From Nanobdellota archaeon (GTDB lineage Archaea; Nanobdellota; Nanobdellia; Pacearchaeales; GW2011-AR1): a DNA stretch of 64,000 bases. Shown one piece after another: positions 57,327 through 64,000 of the stretch (positions are counted from its first letter, which is position 1; each line of letters opens with the position of its first letter). Both the position numbers and the translations under genes were made by a program. The notes under the pieces were generated by a model. It had not been told where the DNA came from. It saw nothing but the letters and a program-made list of their open reading frames with translations, and did not search any database. The stretch is taken from NCBI GenBank assembly GCA_038046005.1, contig JBBSXB010000009.1, positions 1 through 64,000 of the forward strand, given 5' to 3'.

Positions 57327-58481
57327 TCAAATCTTCTTCCCTTCCAATATCTTTTCCTTCAAAGATTCCAGATTCCTCTTCAAAGACTCGGCAACAGATT
57401 GCTTACCGAGCACAGTCACCAAAACCTGGTCACTTGCCCCAAATAGCTTTCCCAAAGACTTAAAGTGATTCATCAAAATTCTAAGGTCTTTGTCCAAAAA
57501 CCCTGTCTTCCTCAAAATTCTAAAACCCCTAGGAAAAACAGATTTATCATGCAATTCTTCAAAAATAAGTCTAAGCAAATTAGAAGTTTCTATAAGAAAA
57601 TCATAATTCATTGATCTTAGTATAATGTCAATTTTTGAATGAGATGAACCAAAATAGTCTCTAAGTATCAATTCTCTTTCATTGTCAAGATTCCTTGTCA
57701 ACTCCTTGACCCTCATGCTGACTATCAGCCCTTCTTTTCCAAGCTCAATAAGATATCTCTTTATTGTATCTGTGATTCTCCTTATCATTTCTTTCCTCTG
57801 CAAAACATTGCAAACATCACTTGTTGAGACCAGATCAGTAATTTCCAGAACATTCAGGTGCACAATTATGTCATCTAAGACCTCTTTTTGTTTCTCAAGA
57901 ATCTGCAGGCTTTCTGTAGCCCTTCTCAAGATCTCAGAACTATTCTCTAGAACCTGCCTATGCTCTCCCCAATACAAAGATATTTTATTTCTTCTTTCGG
58001 AAACAGCAACAACGATTGTCCCAAGCTGTTTGGCAGTTCTCTCGGCAGCTTTGTGCCTTGTCCCAGTCTCACTTGTCTTGAATGAATCTTTAGGAACAAG
58101 CAATGTATTTGCATAAAGAATTTTTTTCAAATCCTTGGAAAGTACAATAGCTCCATCCATTTTCGCAAGCTCCACAAGTTTTTGGGCGCTGAACCTGCAA
58201 TTAATTCTGAACCCACCATCAATGATTTTAGACATCCCCTCTTTTTCAACAACAATCAACGCCCCCATTCTTGCCCGCATAATATCATCTAAAGCAGTCC
58301 TCATAGCAGTTCCAGGAGAAAATATTTTCATTATCTCTAAAAAGTTTGAGTCATTCTTTTCTTGATTCTTTTGAAGTAATTTGTCCTTTGTATGTTCACC
58401 CACAGGCAAGTTAACTAAAGGTTTTGTCTCCTGAATTTTTTCAGGAATCTTCTCTTTTTTTTCTAAGATTACAGAGTCCAT
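57327..58481 (-). CDS. disA: DNA integrity scanning diadenylate cyclase DisA
   Basis: SPGTAMRTAL, ELAKMDGAIVL, ETGTRHKAAERTAKQ, VSERR, linker and C-terminal HhH-like region. Confidence 0.92.
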   Translation of the reverse strand: MDSVILEKKEKIPEKIQETKPLVNLPVGEHTKDKLLQKNQEKNDSNFLEIMKIFSPGTAMRTALDDIMRARMGALIVVEKEGMSKIIDGGFRINCRFSAQKLVELAKMDGAIVLSKDLKKILYANTLLVPKDSFKTSETGTRHKAAERTAKQLGTIVVAVSERRNKISLYWGEHRQVLENSSEILRRATESLQILEKQKEVLDDIIVHLNVLEITDLVSTSDVCNVLQRKEMIRRITDTIKRYLIELGKEGLIVSMRVKELTRNLDNERELILRDYFGSSHSKIDIILRSMNYDFLIETSNLLRLIFEELHDKSVFPRGFRILRKTGFLDKDLRILMNHFKSLGKLFGASDQVLVTVLGKQSVAESLKRNLESLKEKILEGKKI

Positions 58482-58600
58482 GCTTATTTTAACTACTCCA
58501 TATATATAAAACTTTACAGAAATTTTTTAAATCTTTCTTTTTTGTTTTTATTATTTTAAAGAGACACAATGGAAAACTTCTTAAATGAAAAAACCTCACT

Positions 58601-59596
58601 TTGAGAATGGTTGACATAAAAAAAGCGCTTGAAAAAGCAAGAAAAGAAGTTTTCAAAAAGTCAAAAGAAGTAAAAGGAACAGAAATAAGAGGTCCGGACT
58701 TTAACAAAGAGATGTCTCTAAATGAATTAATAAATTCTTACAAAAATATTGGATTCCAGGCATCAAACCTCCATAAAGCTATAGAAATAATAAAAAAAAT
58801 GCGAGAAGATAATGCAAAAATATTTCTAGCTTACACATCAGGGATAGTCAGCTCAGGATTAAGAGACATTGTAAAATATTTGGCCGAAAAAAAATTAGTG
58901 GATGTTTTGATAACAACAACTGGGGGAATTGAAGAAGATATAATAAAAACATTAAAGCCTTTTGTGCTTGGAAAATTTGACGCAGATGGAAAAGAATTAA
59001 GAGAGCGAGGAATTAACAGAATAGGAAATATTTTTGTCCCTAATGATAGGTATGTTCTTTTTGAGGATTGGATAAATCCCCAATTAGAAGAGTTATTAAA
59101 ATTGCAGAAAAAAGGAACTAACCTGACTCCTTCAAAGATTATAGATTTTCTTGGAGATAAAATAAACAATAAAGAATCAATTTATTATTGGGCTTCAAAA
59201 AATAAAATTCCAGTGTTTACGCCAGCCCCTTTAGATGGTTCTTTAGGAGATATGGTCTACTTTTTTAAACAGTCAAACCCAGAGTTTAGAATAGATGTGA
59301 CTGAAGACCTAAAAAAATTAATTGATATATCAATAAATTCTGAGAAAGTTGGAATAATAATTTTGGGGGCTGGAATTGTAAAGCATGTGGCATGTAATGC
59401 AAACTTGTTCAGAGGCGGAGCTGATTATGCTGTTTACATAAATGCTGCCCAAGAGTTTGATGGAAGCGATGCTGGAGCAACTCCTGATGAAGCCGTCTCA
59501 TGGGGAAAAATCAAAGGAGAAGAATCAAACTCTGTGAAAGTTTTCTCAGATGCTACGTTGGTTTTCCCATTAATAGTGGCAGAAGCCTTCAAGTAA
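58601..59596 (+). CDS. dys: Deoxyhypusine synthase
   Basis: GFQASNL, GINRIGNIFVPN, EFDGSDAGATPDEAVSWGKI. Confidence 0.95.
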   Translation: MRMVDIKKALEKARKEVFKKSKEVKGTEIRGPDFNKEMSLNELINSYKNIGFQASNLHKAIEIIKKMREDNAKIFLAYTSGIVSSGLRDIVKYLAEKKLVDVLITTTGGIEEDIIKTLKPFVLGKFDADGKELRERGINRIGNIFVPNDRYVLFEDWINPQLEELLKLQKKGTNLTPSKIIDFLGDKINNKESIYYWASKNKIPVFTPAPLDGSLGDMVYFFKQSNPEFRIDVTEDLKKLIDISINSEKVGIIILGAGIVKHVACNANLFRGGADYAVYINAAQEFDGSDAGATPDEAVSWGKIKGEESNSVKVFSDATLVFPLIVAEAFK

Positions 59597-59652
59597 AGCA
59601 TATTTTCAAAAACGAAAATCTTTTTAAATGAAGGTTTCATTAAAAATTTACA

Positions 59653-59868
59653 ATGAACAAATGGAGTGAACTTTTGCTGGGCCTTATCCTTTTCATAGGA
59701 ATTATTTTACTAGCTTGGTTCTCGTCAGCAAATGGTTGGGCAATATTCGGAAAAAATCTTAATCTTTTAACTTCTGCATGGATTGTGTTAAAAGGATTTT
59801 TGTTCTGGATGATTTTCTTTGTAGGTTTGCTTTTGATAATTCTGGGAATAAACGATTTGAGAAACTAA
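59653..59868 (+). CDS. Small membrane protein
   Basis: Two TM segments. Confidence 0.7.
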   Translation: MNKWSELLLGLILFIGIILLAWFSSANGWAIFGKNLNLLTSAWIVLKGFLFWMIFFVGLLLIILGINDLRN

Positions 59869-60512
59869 CCGACAAAAATTATTAGAGTTGTCTCGATTAT
59901 TGCAGCAATGACCAAAAGAGGAAACACTATCAATAAGAATATTCTTAATGAATTAATCAGCCATTCTTTAAAGGAACTTTTTTTTCCATGTATGAAAAGA
60001 TAAGATCCTAACTTAATTCCAAGCCCCAGGGAAATAAAGACAGCAGGAAGTTCAAAAATTCCGTGAGGCAAGATTTTCCATAAGATGCCTATCCCACTTA
60101 CTTTCACACTTATGGCTGCAACAAACCCCAAGATATACCCGTTAAGTAATATTGATATAAGAGGGAAAAGCCCAAAGAAAATTCCAAAAGCTAATCCAAA
60201 AAAACTGCTTTGGATATTGTTAAAGAATATAAAACCAAGAAGCTGAAGATAATTCATTCCTTCTGTCCGTATAATCAAATTTTCCAAATATACTAAAAGT
60301 TGTGAATTAAGATCAATTTTAAATAAAGATTTAAACAACAATTGAAGAATATCTTGGAAGAAAAATCCTATAACCCCAAAAATAAAGAAAAGTAAAATTG
60401 TAGCATAAATAAAATCTCGGGATTCTTTTAAAAATGAAAAACATCTTCGGTATTCAGAAATTATTGAAAAATGTTTTTTTCTGAAAGAAACCTTCACTCT
60501 TTTTTTCGGCAT
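59865..60512 (-). CDS. SpoIIM/DUF95-family membrane protein
   Basis: IFFNN, NGYILG, ILPHGIFELPA, AAIIE. Confidence 0.88.
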   Translation of the reverse strand: MPKKRVKVSFRKKHFSIISEYRRCFSFLKESRDFIYATILLFFIFGVIGFFFQDILQLLFKSLFKIDLNSQLLVYLENLIIRTEGMNYLQLLGFIFFNNIQSSFFGLAFGIFFGLFPLISILLNGYILGFVAAISVKVSGIGILWKILPHGIFELPAVFISLGLGIKLGSYLFIHGKKSSFKEWLINSLRIFLLIVFPLLVIAAIIETTLIIFVG

Positions 60513-60542
60513 TGAAGAAAAAAGTTAACACATTATAAAAAC

Positions 60543-61208
60543 TTAACTAAAAGCCTGACTGATGTAAAGAGTCTTCTTTTTGTATTTCTTCTTGAGATAA
60601 AGACCATAAAAAATACCAAGAATAAATCCTCCAAGATGTGCAGTATTACCTATCGAAACATTTCCAGCAATAGAAATCAGCCACAAAACAATCAACATTC
60701 CTGGCGCAGCATATTTCATTTTTATAGGGATTGGGATGAACATCAAGTAAACTGGAAGATTTGGAGTTAACAGCATTAACAACCCTAGAAGCCCAAATAT
60801 TGCCCCAGATGCTCCAACAGCATATGCACTAAGTTCTCCAGGCAATATAAAAGCGGAAACTACAAATAATAAGCCAGCAAAAAGTCCTGCAGCCAAATAA
60901 AAGTAAAGATATCTTTTAGACCCTAAAATCCTTTCAATTAAACCCCCTATAAAAAATAAGGAAAGCATATTTGCAAAAATGTGGAAAAAATTTGCATGCA
61001 TAAACATACTTGTTAAAAAAGTCCAGAGATATTGTCCGTGAATTATATTGTCAGGTTTTAATGCTATAAAGTCTATAAATTTGGGATTAAGTGAAAGAAG
61101 TATAGAAAACAAAATAAAAGCAGCTACATTAATCAGCACTATTATCAAGGTTACGCTCAGACTAGAGAGAAAACTTTTTCTTTTTGGAACAGCATAAACC
61201 TGGGCCAT
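60543..61208 (-). CDS. Rhomboid intramembrane serine protease
   Basis: SMFMHANFFHIFANM, GASGAIFG, AHLGG. Confidence 0.93.
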   Translation of the reverse strand: MAQVYAVPKRKSFLSSLSVTLIIVLINVAAFILFSILLSLNPKFIDFIALKPDNIIHGQYLWTFLTSMFMHANFFHIFANMLSLFFIGGLIERILGSKRYLYFYLAAGLFAGLLFVVSAFILPGELSAYAVGASGAIFGLLGLLMLLTPNLPVYLMFIPIPIKMKYAAPGMLIVLWLISIAGNVSIGNTAHLGGFILGIFYGLYLKKKYKKKTLYISQAFS

Positions 61209-61915
61209 TATCTTTTTTTCTTAGGTTTTATTTTTTTAGAATTATTTTTAGGCTTCTTACTTACTTTTTTATTGGCCTTAAACAATTTTTTCTTTTTTGT
61301 TTTAACAAATTTATGAGATTTATTTTTCTTTATTTTTGTTTTTCCAAGTTTTGCCTCTTTCTTTTTTGGCTTTTTAACAATCGACAATTTTTCATTTTCA
61401 GTTTTAATTTCCTGGTCAACTTCATTAAGTTCTACCTGTAATTTGCTAAGTCCTTTTTTTAGATCATTAAGTATGGGAACATTATCTAATAGAACAAAAA
61501 TATTCCCGCATTCTTGACAAGTAAAGTCTTTGAGTAATGCATTTTCTTCATTAATTTCCACATGGCACAAAGGACAATAATAGAATTGTCTCGCCTCCCT
61601 ATTCTTTACTTGATTATTCATTTGAGAAATTTTATTCAGTAGCTCATTTCTATAAAATTCCATTGCTTTCACAGGTTCTATCTTCCAAAAATAAGTGTAC
61701 CATCCTTTTTTCTTATCCTTCTTCCTGACGAAGCTTACAAGACCGCGATCAGAAATTTTGTACAAAATATTTCTAGTTTGGTTTATAGTTATATTTAATT
61801 TCTTTGCTATCAAAAATTCATTGACATGTTGATTGCTGTCTAACAACTCAACAATGCCCTCGGCCGGTTTTCCAGCAATTATCACTACTACTTCTCTAAG
61901 AATTTTTTTAAGCAT
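61208..61915 (-). CDS. tfe: Transcription factor E alpha with Lys-rich tail
   Basis: INQTRNILYKI, KKKGWYTYFW, zinc ribbon CPLC...FTCQECG. Confidence 0.9.
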   Translation of the reverse strand: MLKKILREVVVIIAGKPAEGIVELLDSNQHVNEFLIAKKLNITINQTRNILYKISDRGLVSFVRKKDKKKGWYTYFWKIEPVKAMEFYRNELLNKISQMNNQVKNREARQFYYCPLCHVEINEENALLKDFTCQECGNIFVLLDNVPILNDLKKGLSKLQVELNEVDQEIKTENEKLSIVKKPKKKEAKLGKTKIKKNKSHKFVKTKKKKLFKANKKVSKKPKNNSKKIKPKKKR

Positions 61916-62058
61916 TAACTCAATAAAAAAAATCAGAATAAATACCTTTCGGTTGTTGGTTGATTATAAAATTTATAAGAACGCTTAAAAAATAAAGATT
62001 TTTAAACCTATATTGTCTCTTATATATATTAAAATAAGTATATTAGACTATATCAAAA

Positions 62059-62793
62059 ATGGGTTGGTTCAATAAAAAAGAGGAGGTAAAAAGAGATTCT
62101 AGTAAGATGAGTCTTCCAGATTTTCCGAGGCTACCAGAACTTCCCGAGTTGCCACCTTTGTCATTGTCAAAACCAAAAGAGCCATTACCTCAGCTTCCTA
62201 GCTTTCCAACAAATCCTTTAGGTGAAAAATTTTCTCAGAATATTATCAAAGATGCAATAGCTGGAAAACCAGATTTCAAATTTAGTCCATATCCTGAGGT
62301 GAAAAAGAGTGAGAGGACATTCGAAGCAAATGACTTTGCCACATCTAAACAGGAAATGCAAACGATGCAGAGACCTCTAAAACAACAAAGCAGAGAGTTT
62401 GAAATGCCAAAAGTAAAGGAAGTAGAGCCTGAGGAAGAAAATTTCGAAGATTTTGAAGTTGAAGATGCAGGAGATGAGGAAGAAACAAAAGAGTATAATG
62501 AAACCTATCAAGAGGAACAAGAAGGACCTAGATTTGAATATAAACCGGAATTTAGATCATCAAAGTCAAAGAAAAACGAACCTGTATTTATTAGAATAGA
62601 CAAATTCGAAGAGAGCATGAAGGCGTTTGAAAAGGCCAAAAAAGAAGTTTTAGAGATAGAAAGAATGTTAAAAGACATTATGAAGGTCAAAGAAGAGGAA
62701 GAAAAACAATTAGACTCTTGGGCAAAAGATATTTTGAGAATTAAGGAACAAATAGATAAAGTTGACAAAGATATTTTTTCTAAATTAGAATGA
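62059..62793 (+). CDS. Hypothetical protein (Pro-rich, acidic, C-terminal coiled coil)
   Basis: LPELPELPP; EPVFIRIDKFE followed by a coiled coil. Confidence 0.75.
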   Translation: MGWFNKKEEVKRDSSKMSLPDFPRLPELPELPPLSLSKPKEPLPQLPSFPTNPLGEKFSQNIIKDAIAGKPDFKFSPYPEVKKSERTFEANDFATSKQEMQTMQRPLKQQSREFEMPKVKEVEPEEENFEDFEVEDAGDEEETKEYNETYQEEQEGPRFEYKPEFRSSKSKKNEPVFIRIDKFEESMKAFEKAKKEVLEIERMLKDIMKVKEEEEKQLDSWAKDILRIKEQIDKVDKDIFSKLE

Positions 62794-63188
62794 AAACAAA
62801 AAACGACAGCTTGATACATGTTAAGCTAGAATACGAAGAAGCTTTGCAATCAAAAAGAGACATCTTACTTACAGAAAGTGAACTAATAAAAACGGCTCAG
62901 GCAATACGGAAATACAAAGAGTTAAGGATGAAAGAGATTGCAATGAAGCTTGAACTCATAAAGAGAATAAGGGATTTTAAGACGCAATGGCGAAACACGT
63001 TGCATCTCTTGCCGCCTTTGGAGCTGCCAAAAATAATCGAAGATATTGAAGAGGAAAGACACAAAAAAGAACATCATAAAGATAATAAAAAAGCTCACCA
63101 CGAAAAAAAGGAAAAAACAGAAAAACACCACGATAATCTTGAAGCTCAATTAAAAGACATACAAGAAAAATTGAATAGACTTGGATAG
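62790..63188 (+). CDS. Hypothetical coiled-coil protein with His/Lys-rich tail
   Basis: ATGA overlap with the previous gene. Confidence 0.7.
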   Translation: MKTKNDSLIHVKLEYEEALQSKRDILLTESELIKTAQAIRKYKELRMKEIAMKLELIKRIRDFKTQWRNTLHLLPPLELPKIIEDIEEERHKKEHHKDNKKAHHEKKEKTEKHHDNLEAQLKDIQEKLNRLG

Positions 63189-63224
63189 CAAATAACTTTT
63201 AAACTTGGAGTTCTTATTGTTCTT

Positions 63225-64000
63225 ATGAATCGCATACAGCTTATAAAATCATACATTGATTTTTTTAAATCAAAAGGCCACAAAGAAATAGAAAATTCCT
63301 CTTTAATTCCAAAAGAAGATCCAACTGTTTTATTTACCACAGCAGGTATGCATCCTTTAGTCCCATATCTCTTAGGCCAAAAGCATCCTCTTGGGAAAAA
63401 ACTTTGTAATGTTCAAAGATGTTTAAGAACAGATGATATAGATGAAGTTGGAGACGAATTCCACCACACTTTTTTTGAAATGTTGGGAAATTGGAGCCTG
63501 GGAGACTACTGGAAAAAAGAAGTAATAGAAATGAGTTTTGAATTCTTAACACAAGTTTTGAAAATTCCAAAAGAAAAAATAGAAGTAACTTGTTTTGTAG
63601 GAGATAAAGATGCTGAAAAAGATAGTGAAGCTGCAGAAGTTTGGAAAAAGTTGGGAATAAAAAAAATAAAATTCTTGGAAAAAAAAGATAATTGGTGGGG
63701 TCCTGCAGGAAAAACAGGTCCTTGCGGGCCAGACACAGAGATGTTTGTCAATGGCTGTGAAATATGGAATGATGTTTTCATGCAGTATAAGAGAGATAAA
63801 AGAGTAATATTAGTTGATGGAATGCACTGCTTATATGATGATAAGTTTGGTATTAATAAAGAATTATTAGAAATAATAAACAACTTGAACAGCCATTGCA
63901 TACTAACTGTTAATGGATTTAGAGAAAAGGGGTTTAATTTAATAAAAAATCACAACCCCAACAAAAATACTAATTGGCAAGCTTTTTCGTTAGAAGAACA
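63225..64000 (+). CDS. alaS: Alanyl-tRNA synthetase (5' part; runs off the window) with an inserted domain
   Basis: Read by hand: [65 protein letters not shown]. Confidence 0.95.
   Translation, partial: MNRIQLIKSYIDFFKSKGHKEIENSSLIPKEDPTVLFTTAGMHPLVPYLLGQKHPLGKKLCNVQRCLRTDDIDEVGDEFHHTFFEMLGNWSLGDYWKKEVIEMSFEFLTQVLKIPKEKIEVTCFVGDKDAEKDSEAAEVWKKLGIKKIKFLEKKDNWWGPAGKTGPCGPDTEMFVNGCEIWNDVFMQYKRDKRVILVDGMHCLYDDKFGINKELLEIINNLNSHCILTVNGFREKGFNLIKNHNPNKNTNWQAFSLEE

Noticed and set aside
2205-63901. Numerous antisense/overlapping ORFs in the track (e.g. 40373..40933, 46138..46614, 63506..63901)
   Set aside because: They are shadow frames of well-supported genes on the opposite strand.
1-64000. CRISPR array, rRNA, integrase or transposase
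   Set aside because: No regularly spaced repeats, rRNA-like sequence or recombinase motifs were seen.

Overview
AT-rich archaeal chromosome segment. The gene content and compact layout point to a DPANN lineage, Pacearchaeota/Woesearchaeota-like (inferred, not searched). Housekeeping genes include metG, rpl15e, DNA ligase, TBP, MCM, an RPA-like protein, aIF2-beta, aIF1A, mnmA, ftsZ, asnS, aspS, gatE, gatD, proS, dys, TFE and alaS, plus five tRNAs (three with BHB introns), interleaved with many orphan ORFs. Highlights: (1) a diversity-generating retroelement at the left edge (target/VR - TR - RT; all 13 TR/VR mismatches lie at template adenines; the RT has an in-frame TAA) and a second, remote DGR-like target with a GC hairpin at ~56.5 kb; (2) a cassette of palindromic operator + AbrB-like gene + free-standing LAGLIDADG endonuclease sitting between two synonymously recoded copies of the aspS 3' end, apparently an intron/intein-free homing element that repairs its host gene with a replacement C-terminus; metG shows a parallel nuclease + duplicated C-terminal domain layout; (3) other cargo at tRNA-charging genes: a cyclodipeptide synthase abutting gatD, a HAD-like insert in AlaRS and GC-rich in-frame inserts in MnmA; (4) short structured elements bounded by tRNA 3'-end duplications; (5) bacterial-type genes (FabH, an AccB-like protein lacking the biotin lysine, DisA, LysM, a beta-barrel-like secreted protein). 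All calls come from motif recognition by eye; no database searches were run.
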